Source: Styela clava (Eukaryota). Taken from it: DNA of 64,000 nt. The stretch lies in assembly GCF_964204865.1 (NCBI RefSeq), contig NC_135258.1:5394001-5458000 (forward strand), given 5' to 3'. A program made the translations under genes and the position numbers. Shown here in pieces: positions 46,997 through 60,300 of the stretch; positions within the stretch are counted from its first letter, which is position 1, and each line of letters begins with the position of its first letter. Below the pieces are notes generated by a model that saw only the letters and a program-made list of their open reading frames with translations, was not told the origin of the DNA and did not search any database.

Positions 46997-49900
46997 TTTT
47001 TATCTAGTTACCAGTCCATGTCAGGTATGAGAATAATTAAGCACAGTACTGCTTCTGAGATTCTGATATCTGGGTATATGCTGATAGCATACTTCATATT
47101 AACCAGGGTGGTCATATAAATTGAAATTGTTAGGCCATAATATGTATGTACGCAAGAATATAGTATCGGTGTGCGCCGTGAGGTAGCTACATAATACCTG
47201 GAATGGTTTAGTAATCTTTATATCAGACATGGACTGAAAAATAGAACAGAGTTCATAACTTGATAGTTTGCCATTCCTCCCTCTCTGCCAGGGTAAATAT
47301 GAGAAACTCCGTCCTATTTATTACAACATCACATTTATCAATCTACTCTAAATTAACTGTAAATTACTACCAGAATATATACATAGAATATGGCAATCCA
47401 AAATTCATAACACTTTTAAATTGCTTAGCTACCAAAAAATCATAGCACCCACTAGTGATACTGAAATTGGAAATCATGAGAGTTACTCAGAATGTCATTT
47501 TTTCTCTAACACAGAATTTAAATTTGTTAAATACTTCTTACATTTAGCTGGCGATTTAATATACATACCAATTCAAATTAAATATTTTCACCAAATTTGA
47601 AAGGGAAAAATATGACAATTTACTATAGTGCCAATCAATACCAAAATAATTTGGTACTCCCGAAGTATGTGAACCAAGATGGCGGACATTGAAACCTATA
47701 TATGTACCAGGTTAGGGTTAGGCCATGATTTTATTCAAATTTTTCTTATTTTAGTTTTACTAAGAGTTTGGGGACTAGCCAAGTGCCATCTTGATACTTT
47801 GGGAGTACCATCAATTGCATACGTCATCCATAACACGCTATCAAAAATTCCAATATTTCAGTTTGTAACAATACTATTCAAGGTTTCTTTTAGATATACA
47901 GGTATTCATACAGTTTTATAAAAGTTTCTCGAATTGCCAAGTAGCCACATACAGTTTGGTGCCCCCTAAAAGTGTATTGAATGAAGTAAAAAAAAACTAA
48001 ATTAAACACTGATGAAAATAGAAAAATAAATCTTGAGTACCGGTTTCATAAGAAAATTGAATTTGTAACAGGACTTTATGAATACCTTGTATATCTAAAT
48101 CTGATTTGGGTTATACAAACACGCTGACGAAACAGCAAAAAAATAATTTGAGTGGCAAAAATTATAAAAGATATTGACATGATTGTCAAAACATTCGTTA
48201 TTTAACAAAATATGGATAAAGTATCGAATTCCCAACCTTTCCCGTGGCCCCCTTTCTGGAGTCTTCTAGCATTCATGAATCCGCTGTTTGTCATTAAAGT
48301 AGTATTTATAGACATAGTGTTATTTTGATTACTCGTAATAGATTCCAAATCCAATTATGTTCAAACAATTCATCTTCAACAAAGTGTGAATACCCTGTAA
48401 AATGACCTTATCAAGCAATGAAACTAGGAAGAACTGTTTTCTTGCAAGGAGGAAAAGTAAAATCAATTTTGCGAACAACTTAAAGACCCCTCGGGGGTCA
48501 TGGGCCCCAGGTTGGGAGCTGATGTGCTAGTTGGTCTCTATAGACCTTCACCACAAAACTAAGCCCATATTTTGAAGCTGCTCAATCAGAATTATATTCC
48601 CAAAAAATTATATAACCGATAATAGATCAATCAGGATTATTAGATTTTCTGTGGTGAAATTTTAGTTTTAAGTTAGGAGTCTGAGTCAAAAACCAAGAGT
48701 CAGAAACAAGGATGTATGGAGTCAAATTTTAAAGTCAAAATTTCCAGACAGCTCTGGTCATGACTCTCTTCCCTCATTTTCTGATGGGAAAAAGCTTCCA
48801 GGATAACGTTTTTCGAACCTTTCTTTTAATCTCGGCTTTAGAAAATGGTTGGAAAATCTATTTTTGTTCGAAAATAAAATTCCCTGGAAACTACAGATAA
48901 CAAACGTCTTTAAAAGGCAAAAACATTAAAAATATAAAAAATAAAAAATGAGAAAATGACTCATGTATGACATAAAATATGCTGTCAAAATAATAAGATG
49001 AAGATGGGGTTGAACCTGTGACACTTTACCATAGTAGTCCATAGCAAAAGTCAATTACAATCTGTATGCAAAATATAAAAAATAGGCACCGCCTATTTAT
49101 AATATCTTCACAGAACCAGGTCAAATTAATATATATAATCAAAGCATATATGTATACTTATAACTAAAATAATGGATACTGATGTCATACATGGGTCATT
49201 TTCAATGAATTCACAGTGTTAAAATAAAGGTATAAGGCACAGTGTTAGAATAAAGCTATGTACAAGACTTTACAAAGATGCGGTGGAATGAACATGAATG
49301 TACACCTTTAATTTGTCATATTCGAAAGAATGATACTGAACTTTCCAAAACTTGAAATTAACAGATTTTTTGCATCTAGCACTTTAAGTTAAAATCGATC
49401 AAATTTTAAGAGATTCTTAGGAGTTATAAATATTCTTAGTAAAAACATAGACTTGTCAAAGTTTACTATCATAAGACTTATAGAATTATTCATTTCATGG
49501 TATCAAGAAAAAATGGCAGATGTTGAAATTTTGAAGAACAGTTTACTTAAAAATATTACAAAGAAATAGGCGCTCTTGAAGCAGATATCTAATCATAGTT
49601 TAAAATAATTTTCAATAAATAGGCCGAGGGTTAAAGCCCATTAAAAGTCACAAGAAAATCAAAAATTTATGTCTTCTTCTATTTCTCAAAACAGCTTTTT
49701 TAAGAATTTTTTGTTTCCGCACTTCATAGAGAATTTTTTTCACGTCTCGGATATAAAAGCTTTTGAAAGAACAAGAAACAAAGGTGATAGGTCAATAGCT
49801 TTCCACCGCATCTACATTTGGAGGGTGAGCGCTGCACAAACATTACATGATAAAATATTATAATGGAGATATTGAATTCAAATATTGACATACAAATTTA

Positions 49901-51376
49901 TGAAATTTATATGACCAGAATCTTTTAAACGGTAAAATTATAATGTACTATTCTAATATTGCAAGAAAACACTGTATTTCTCCGGGTATAACACTCACTT
50001 TCATGTTTAAATTTCACCTCCAGAATAAGAGGGTACGTAAAAATCAGACAGAATGTCTGAAATCCCTGGCAAAAAAAAAACCTGCAAAGAAAGAGATGAA
50101 GGAAAACATAATATATGGAAATTGGAACTTTCTGCTAAAATACGCATGTGTATTATTATTATTGGTGCGTGTTATGCAGGGAGAAATACGGTATACCCAG
50201 AATCTAGATAAGTAAGGCTAAATGGGAAAAAATTTCAAAAGGACCGAAAAAGTTTCTAATGTTAAATCAAGTGTCACAAACTATTATTCAAATCTAAACC
50301 AAGATAGATAAAGACTTCATCAGAAGTTTTAATGAGTTAAAAAATGTATATCATCGCATATAAGCTGACCTGAAAGAGCCCTTAAATGGAGAATTTATAA
50401 AAATTCATGACAACCAATCACAGATAGTTATCGCTGTCATAGCATACCAAGCACTGCTTCACGTGTGTGCATGCACACTCTTCAATTAATTTAGTGTAAT
50501 ATCATTTCGTTTTAGTGCAATCAGAGTTATGCACGGCCCATTTAGTTTGGCGGCTTTTTTTTTAGATTTTTAAAATCAGCTTATATGCCAGAGTATACAG
50601 TTATTCAAATTTAGAATTTCAAAAAACAGAAAATCAGTAAGCTTATTATCATGTAATATGTTAGCAGCAAAATACAACAAATATTGAGAATTCAATTCTC
50701 TTTTCCATAACAGCAACACGTAAACAAAGATGTCCAAATCGAATAATATGAAATTTCTGAAGACATTCGATAATTGTATTTTTGAGCATTGAATATATTT
50801 GAAAATATTCTGGAGCACTGGTTCTCAAATTAAGGGGCGCGCCCAACAAGGGTGGTGTAGACAATTTTTTAGATTTGATCCTACCCGCCCTATTTTGGAT
50901 ATTTACATTTCTTTCTTTTGGATATTTAAGTTCCATCCACATGTTTTTAGAATATAACATACTTTTGTCATAGCTATTTTTGAGGTGTGGCACGAGATTT
51001 GACAAATTCTTAAAAAGGGGGGTTGCTTGAAAAGTTTGAGAACCACTGTGATAAAATTGAATTAAAAAAAAAAATGGAAAGTTAAAACAAATAATGAACA
51101 GATTGGCCATTTCATTTTTACAGTCTTCAGAAATTAAAAAAAGGCCTTTTTGATCATGATGTGAAACATCAATTGCTAGAAATTATGCCTTTTCAAATGA
51201 AACTAATCAAAGTCATTCTAAAAATAAAAAATACACTGAATTAATTTTATTCGTTTTGGACATCTCTGCAACACGAAACAATACGGTCACCCTCCATACT
51301 CTAAAAGAAACGATAACACAGTGTCATTGCACAAGTTTTTGTCACAGTGATTGAAAATACGAAAAAAAGAATTTAC

Positions 51377-54300
51377 CACTATTGCACCAACATTCTGTAC
51401 AGATGGACGTAGTACACGCAGAATCTGAAAATAAGTAATTTCTGGAAATTGTTAAGAAAATTATTTTTATTAAAATATTTATGAAGAGTGAAACGGTTTT
51501 GTTTTTGTTATGACTGAGAATTGCCAATATTTTGCTTATGCCTCATTTTTTCATCACAATGCTCGTGTCTCTCGCTCTATACAGGGCATTTTAAATGCAA
51601 CCACTGCAAGATAAGAAGCTATAATAGCTTGGAATGATCTAAATCAGAGCTACCCAAACTTTTAAGTTCCCGACCCTTTTCAATATATAAAAATTTTCTG
51701 TGACCCCTGTTAGGTCAGCATTGATATGCAAGCGCCTTGCTCAGTCTTACTATCAAAGTCGGCATTACTATGCAGGCTTTTCTGATTCTATGTATTCTCT
51801 CGAAATTGCAAGATTTGTGTTTGGTACTCCCATAGTATGTTTACCAGATTAGGGATTGTTAGGTCATAGTCCTATTCCAATTTTCCTTTTATATCTATTA
51901 CGAGTTCTGGACTTGCCCATGGGTTTTATTCCCTTTAGACATCTTGATGTAAAATAGACGAATAAAAAACTATACCTTCACATCGGTACACACACATTTG
52001 GAGCGCCTTATGTTTTGCGCTAGTTCTAATTATTGTATTTTGAATTAGCTCTAAAAAAAGGGAAATAAATATAGTATATTATAGGAAATGGTGAACTCTT
52101 TGCAACCCCGAAAATTCATTGTGTGCCCCTCAGCGAAGTCGCAAATCCCAGTTTGGGTGGCCCTGATCTAGATCTCTCCTGTTCAGCATTGCTCACCCAC
52201 TTTATTACACCCTGGGTAAGGTAGGGGGCAAAGGATTTGAACCCATGAGTTTTGATTGAACAATTAGTGAACACACAGAAAGAATAAAAAACATACCTCT
52301 GAAGAGATACGTGCTTGGCAATGTTCAGGAACTGGGGGTTTCTTGTTTATGATTGACAGCAATAGCAGTGGAGATAATATTATGATTAGTCCTTCCCCCC
52401 AAACCTGCCAAATTTTTTAAAGATATTGATTAACGGCTTGCCGTGGTGTGGCGCATTGTTGTGTGGAATATGCTCGCCACCGCACCTCTAATTACTCTGC
52501 GTGGGTTCGCAGGTTCAAATCTTATGTGGGGATGGTTATGTGCGAGAGGATTGCTGGACTCCTCGGCGCCATAGGGTAGTTCACGTAACCGCTGGTCAGT
52601 TTCGGTAACACAGCTTAATCACATGGCGAACCACATCTTCTCATCCGATGTCGGTATGGGATTAGTTAGCCAAGTATTAGTATTCGAAAACATAGACTTG
52701 ATGGGAAGGAAGCCGTGACCCACCAGCAGTTTGGTGAACCACCCTAGGACGATGAGGAGTCCAGCAATCTTCCCGTACATTATCGACTTGGAAACCCACG
52801 CATGTCAATCAGGTGCGGTGACGAGCAATCCATTATTTTAATTACCGTAGTAACATTTACTTGTGCTGTGTTAAGTTAAAAGGCCTATTTTTAAGATACT
52901 TATTTTTGAATCATTACAGGCGACTAAAAAAAACCTGTACACGTGGCCACTGATATTTAATGATATGTTAATAGAAATTATTTTTTGGGAACTAAAGTAT
53001 GACCATAAAGCCCTATATCTAGGATTACCATATATATGAAAATAAAAACCAGGACAGATTGGATTGGACAAGCCTTGGTTCGATTTTAAGGCTTAGCAAT
53101 ATTCAACTCATATGAATATTCAATATAATAGATAATTTGAATAATCAGTGATAATGGCCTCCATTAACAAATGAAAATTTTGTATTAATATGGATTAGAA
53201 AATTTCTATATGATGGACATACCGGGGCAGCTTGTCAGAATTGGGAGTGTCCTGGCTAAACCAGGATGTATTGTAATAGGCCTACCTATATCACATTTTT
53301 GAAAACAGATAAAATAGTGAACATATTTCCTATTTTTTTTATTTTTCAATATAAAAATAAAGCTCCCGAAGTATGTGCACCAAGATACTTCGAAAGCGCT
53401 AAAAAATATCTCTCACTTAAACTTACCAGAAGTCTTGAAAGTTGATAATTGTTGCCAGGTGCAGACGCCAAAGAGGCAGTTTCTCCAAGTATCATGGAAA
53501 AATTACTAGAAGATCCTGTTAAAAACATGAATATCGCTGTGAAAGCTAAGTTCTTGATGAGTGAGATTTCTTGGTGTATTTTGTCAACTGGGTTGGATAA
53601 AATACATCAGTTTAAAAATATGCGTAAACGTTGAAATAACATTTCCTCACACTGATGCATAAGAAGCACCAGTTAATTTTAAAAAATTAAACTAACAAAA
53701 ACAAAATTCAGTTTGATTTTCATAAATATCAGCTAATTTTGAAAATTAAGTTTAGCTTTGAGAAATATGGTAAATACCAAGGTACTCCTGAAGTATGCGT
53801 ACCAAGATGGTGGACACCAAAACGTAGTATTTGTACCAGGTTAGGGTTAGGCCATAATTTTATTCCAATTTTTCTTATTTCAGTTCTATTACGAGGTCGG
53901 GAACTAGCCAAGTGACTCTCGTAGTATTTGTACCTGAAATTATGGCCTAACCATAACCCGATATACATACTACATTCCGGTGTCCGTCCTCTTGTTACGC
54001 ATACCCCAGGGGTACCAATACCAAAGCATAAAGATAGCAACAGTCTCTTGGAAGGCGTATTTTTCGTTTTACCAAGCATTGTACGAATGAATTGCATTGT
54101 AAAAAAAATTCTATCAAATTATATAATGAGTCCTCACATATCAACGACTGGTTTGTGTAGAGCAGTTGTACCCAACCTTTAATGGCTCGGGGCCCTTTCA
54201 AACGCTTTTAGCGCTCACGCCCCCCCGTTTGTCATTGCAGTAGAGTATTTTTTTCATTGGTAGATTCCGAATCCCATTAAACAATAAATGCCCAATACCC

Positions 54301-57300
54301 TGTGTAAAACACCCTGTGAAATAGCCTCTTAATGAAGGTGAAGTTTCTTTGTAGAGAGAAAAGTAAAATCAATTTTGCACCTAGCAGTGTAGCTCTCGGT
54401 TGAGAACCGCTTGTATAGACCCTCGTCTGTAATGCAGGAGTGAAAAACTTACCCATTGTCAATGCTCTATCAGATGCTACAGATGAGGCAACATCACTCC
54501 CAGAAGCTCTGATAGCAAGTTCAATTTCGGGAAGTTGGAATCGGAATGGATCTGGGTTTTCATAAGCTGAACAACAAAAAGCTTATTTTAAGGGCACTGC
54601 CATGAGAGGTCATAACATAAAATTCCATATCTACCTTTGTTTGGTCACTGTTTCGTCCACTATCACTCAACTATTTTTACAAAAACTCTGTATACGAAAC
54701 TTGAAAATTTGTGGGATCCAGTCTTCCCAGAAAATATACTTCACAGTAAGCCTAAAGCCTAAGCTTATTTAACAGTAAATAAATAGTGTATTTGACTTTT
54801 TAGTTGGAGAGGTAACGGAAAAGCAACTCGTGTTAAATTGGATAACCACAAAGTGCAAGAAGAAATCTTCAATAAAGATTGTTGTAGTTCCCCGACTGGG
54901 GATTATTTGCCAACCGAGACAGTCTATTATTGCATCACAGTTCTTTTTGTATATAATTTGGTGCAAATATGAGAAAATGATGAAAACAACTCTAAAACTA
55001 TAAATAAAAGGTATTTGATAAAAGGAAACTTTTACATATCCCAATTTAATGATGACAATGCTCTAAGAAGCATGTGGGGTCTGAATTAAATACTCATAAG
55101 GCCTGGATTATCACCTTTCTTCTCTGCTGGCAGAATTAAATTTTATATATAAAAGATACATAATATTTAGGTACGTCACTTTAAACAGCTTGTACTAATA
55201 TTGAAAACAATCAAACAACATTACAGGGAATTAAATATCAAACAATTTACTTCTAATAACTAGTGAAGGCTCGGGGCCCCCTGAGAAACAATAGGTGGTC
55301 GCCTCGGAATCCAAAGGCCCAGGTTCAGGCCCTATATATCTCAGAAGAATACTTGTTGAACGCAACAAAAACATTACCTTTCATGGGAATGGTTACTTCA
55401 TTGTTGTTTTCATCAAGATAAAGAAGATCACCTTCAAGACAAATATTGCAAATAATTTTTCATTTGATAAAGTGGGAAAAAAACAAAAAGCTGTGGTGTC
55501 TACTGCTGTACTGTGTATATCAGGGGTGAGCAAACTACCAATCCAACACACCACCAAAGTGCTTTAGCCCACTTGTGTCCGCTGAAATTACGACTATGCT
55601 TGTAGTTTTTATGAAAATGAATTTCCATTGAGAATATCGATGAAAATAAAGCCACAATGACCCTTTCAACAAGTTTGAATTTCGAAAAACATGAAAGTCG
55701 CCAAATTTTAAAAGGCATAATATCTCCCTACATATTTTTTTGAAAATTATATTATTAGTTCCTAATACATCAAACGCTGGCTTCAGGGGCGGACACTTTC
55801 CATAATTTTGGGGGGGCGAACTTGGATCGCCTACCGAAAAACACCGCGCCGTGTATCGTCACGTAACAATAACCTGTCGATGTCATTCTCTAAGTATTAG
55901 CATGTCATTTTGCTACTCATATATAGATTACCTAGGCTGCTTTGCTCGGACACGGAACTTGCGCGTCACTGAACCAATTTCTTGAATTCCGATTTATTAA
56001 ATCATCATTTGAACTCGAAATAACATTCAGGATTCACGCAATGACTTTGCAGGGTTTTTATTTATAATTTAATACGAAAATAAACAGGCACAAGTTCAGG
56101 CGCACAGCCAGGATTTAAAAAAAAAAGCGGGGTCAAAGTCTGAACTTCCCATTGCCGTCTGCAACAAGCACCGTGATTACGCGCTCGTTAAAAGAGCCGC
56201 CTATTTGAAGCGTATAATGATTTTTCTGTCGATCCATGACAGCCACGAGATTCTAAAATGTCCTTATATATTAATTTAATTGTGTGCAACGTAACTCGCG
56301 GTTGCGACTTCTTACGTCCAAATAAAAATATTACTAAACTAAAGTACCACGGCGATATGTGGACATAAAAATATGAGATAAGCTGCCTGATGTATTTAAA
56401 TTTGATACGTATTTTTGCAATCTTCCGAACTCGTTATCGCCGTTACAAAAATCTCGATATCTGATATAAAATCCCATATAGTACAATTTTAATTCATACA
56501 ATGAAAATAATTATAAAGTATACTAGTAAATCAAAAATACAAATTCATCGCCTCAAAATCCACGCGGAACAGTCGCCGCGATTACGCCACTTGTTAAAAG
56601 AGCCGACATTATCATTGAAAAATGTGCAAAGTAATCAATCAAAGACCGATACGGGCATATTCAAAATGTCTTGATTTATTAATTTAATTGTCTTCAATTT
56701 AAAGTTCAGTTAAATTTAAATTTAAAGTTAAAGTTTATTTAAAGTTAAAGTTAAATTTAAAGTTCAATTTAAAGTGGCGCGGCGGTGTGGCTCAATGGGC
56801 TAAGCGTTAGGAATACGCTCGCCACCGCACCTCTAATTACTCTGCGTGGGTTCGCAGGTTCGAATCCCATGCAGGGATGGTTATGTGCGAGAGGATTGCT
56901 GGACTCCTCGCCGCCGTTGGGTGGTTCACGTAACCGCTGGTCGGTTACGGCTTCCTCCACCACCAAGTCCATGCTTCCGAAAACAAACAATACAGTAAAA
57001 CTAATCCCATACCCGACTTGGAATGGTAACCGGACGAGAGGCCGTGGTTCGTCATATGGATAAGCCGTCTTATCGGCTTTCCTCTCCCCCAGGATAAATA
57101 TGTAAATCCTATCCTTAAACTGCGTTTGAATCGACAAAACAAGAGCCACTCTAAAACACGACGGCAATCCGCGGACATAAAAATGTGTGGTAAACTGCCC
57201 GTTTATATATTGTTTTGATCCGTATTTTTGCTCTTTTGCGCATTCGATAAATTTGAGATGTACTTGTCACACTGGCTCTGCTCAATCGCAATGTTGTCAC

Positions 57301-60300
57301 TCCGATTATTTTTAAAGATAAAACCTTTCGAAAAATCCGTAAATTTTCTGTCAATTCTCATGTATTAAAAGTTATTTCAGTACAATAAAAATACATAAAT
57401 AAATACAAAAAGTGATCGGATATACTTTAGTTATCTTATATATCATCACAAACCGGGGAAAAGTCGCGTTCTCAGCTTTGTTTAATGTTAACACGAAAAT
57501 TTTCAACGTCAATTTAAAAGTAATGGATAAAAAGGCAAATCCCGCTCACAATTGACAGTGTTTCGATTTTAGTGACGAAATGTTTTTAAAGGTCAAGCAA
57601 ACATAATTTGTGCCGTAGGCACACGAAATTTTGCGATTTTCGATGCCTAGAAAAGCGTTTTTAGACTGTCCCAGGCCTCAACAAAACTTATATTATTTAC
57701 AGTTTTATTTTTAGTATTTTATATTGCCGCCTTTCAACTTTTCGACATAGTAAATGCTTTGATCTTTGCCCGCAAATTATGCTGGGCCTTGCACGAAATC
57801 CATAACGTGAAAAGATACGTCCATCGGTGAAAATTGTTTATAACAACTTTAGATCTAGTTAATTTTTTAGCGATAATAATTAATTGTTGTAATGAAACAC
57901 AGTTTGCCTCTTTCACTTCTCTCGCAAGTGCCAACAATAACACAATTGAAAAATTTTGACAATGAGAAAATCATATTAAATTGTACAAAAATGAATTACC
58001 GGTAGTTGTGCAAAACCGTGGCGCGTGATCGGCGGTGCGTTTGAAGACGGAGTATTACCTGTGAGGGCGCGCATGTTTTTCAAATGTGAGGTGCTCCGAA
58101 GGCGCTCTGGTCCCCATTATTGTAAGGAAACAGTTATAATATCGGCAACTATTAACCGTTTAATTGCGTTTGCGTTAAAACCGTTTCATTTAAATTTTTT
58201 TGCGAAATTATTGGGGGGGGGGGGGGATCGCCGGGTGTTCGCCCCTGGCTGGCTTGTACATAGCCTAGTTTGTATTAAGAGTGTGGAAGACCTTCATGAA
58301 AGACTTACCTGGTAACAACGCTCTATCACATGCTGAGGCAACATCGTTTCCGGGTACTTCATCAGGTGAACGCCCGTTGAATAGCGGAAAAGTAGAATTG
58401 CCAGCTCTGATAGAAACTCCAACATGTTGAGAAAGTGGTAAACAGATCGACCCCCAATTTTTGCAAGCTAAACAATAAAAAGCTTATTTTAAAGGCTATG
58501 AGGGAGTAGTTTTTTCTCGTTGATTACAGCTCCCTCCACTACCATAGTCCGTGCATATGGCCAAGCGGTTAAAGTGTTAGATATAACTGTGACACTACAG
58601 GTTAAAATCTTAGGCTTCATTCAATGCCAACCACCTAGCCTGGGGTGTAATGAACAGTACTCCCATTATATGTGCACCAGGTTAAGGTTAGGACATAATT
58701 TAATTCCGATTTTACTTATTTCAGTTTTATTTCGAGTTCGGGGACTGTCTGGCTTAGCCAAGTGAATATACCCCATGCCCATAGATTTCAGTACCTTTAC
58801 ACAACTTGATGTAAAATAGGCGAACAAAATTCGTTACCTCCATATTGGTACACACACTTCAGCGCTAGTTTAACCTCAGCGAAAAATGGCAGCGGGCTTT
58901 ACTTGAGCAAAACAAAATATATGTTGCAAAATTTTTACGCTGTGAACTCTCTACATATACAATTACTATTGAGGAACAGTACAATACCAAATATAAAATA
59001 AACAATAAAAATAACTAAAAATAAAAGGTCGCAACCCATAAGTTGGAAAACACTGAACTAGGGAACTAAGGATCAGGCATATAATTGGATCAGGATCGGA
59101 TAAGGATCAGGCATATAATCATAAATAAATTTCATCATTATTCATCTATTATTTAATCTACCAAGAAATGCTCTGATCACCATGTTTTAATAAGAAAAAC
59201 AAACGAATGAAGAAGAATAACGACATTGCAGTAAAAAAATTAAATAAAGAAAAGTCGATTCACATTAAATAAAGGAAGGCATTGCAAATTGTACCGGGTA
59301 AAGGCTTGTGACCCCAAAAATATCGCAGGATAGCACTCCAGAGATTTTACGGCCCAGTTTTGAAAGAAGAATGCAAGTTTGACACAACAGAAACTTTACC
59401 TTTCATGGGAGTGGTTTCTTCATTGTTGTTTTCCCCAAGATCACCTTGAAGACAAATGAAATAATAGTTGCATAAAGTAGAACAAACAAAGAACCATGGT
59501 GTTTTGTAGCGGTGATGTATATACAAATGAATATATCATCTACTAGCAGTGGCTGCTTGGGCAGAGACTTGTTTTTAAAAAAAGCTCGGTGATGTGGCGC
59601 ATCGCGCTAAGTGCTTGGAATACGCTCGCCCCTGTACCTCAGGTTGTGTACCAGGTTAGGGTTCAGGTTATGCGACATCTTGGTGCGCATACTTATATTG
59701 GAGTACCCAATATACGGTATTGATAAATTCCCTTTACGATTTGAAAAAAGTTCAAAACTTTATGAACACCCTATAAGGTGGAGTCGAGTTTGAATCTGAA
59801 AATTGGAGAAAGTCAAATCAAAACACTGATTTGATTGGCATTGATATTTTACAATTCAATTCAAAAATTATGGCGATAATTTTTTATACATAATTATTCT
59901 CAAATATATCTAAATTGAAGTCTGCAGATTGTCGAAGTTCGAACGTCCGATTCATTTTGGACATCCTCAATGACAGAATATGAAATTCCTACCTTGAGTT
60001 GCATCAGTGTCTTTCTTAATGTTTTTTCCATTATGGAAATTATCAGGGTCATCAGAACCATAGTGAGAGTTTTCGTGAATTGGACGTTTGCACCCAGGCC
60101 TGAAGAAATTGATGAGAGTTAATTATATAAATATATAACTATAGAAGAAAATTTTTAGAAATTGTTTTGCCCCTTTCCCCTTTAAAAATAACTAGCTAAC
60201 AATAAACTACAGGTAACACATAATAAGGCGAAAGTATGTTTAATTCAGAAAACATGTTGAAAACGCGTGACTAGGGCTGTCCAAAATCGAATAATTTTTT

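Noticed and set aside
50400-50760. RING-domain terminal exon for the IAP-like gene
   Set aside because: A Cys-rich stretch (CACTHVKQCLVCYD) lacks RING spacing and ends in a stop. An acceptor near 50756 gives only a short unrecognised tail.
56777-56880. tRNA gene
   Set aside because: A and B boxes are present, but I could not fold a cloverleaf. It continues into a body repeated more than 10 times, so it is a SINE head.
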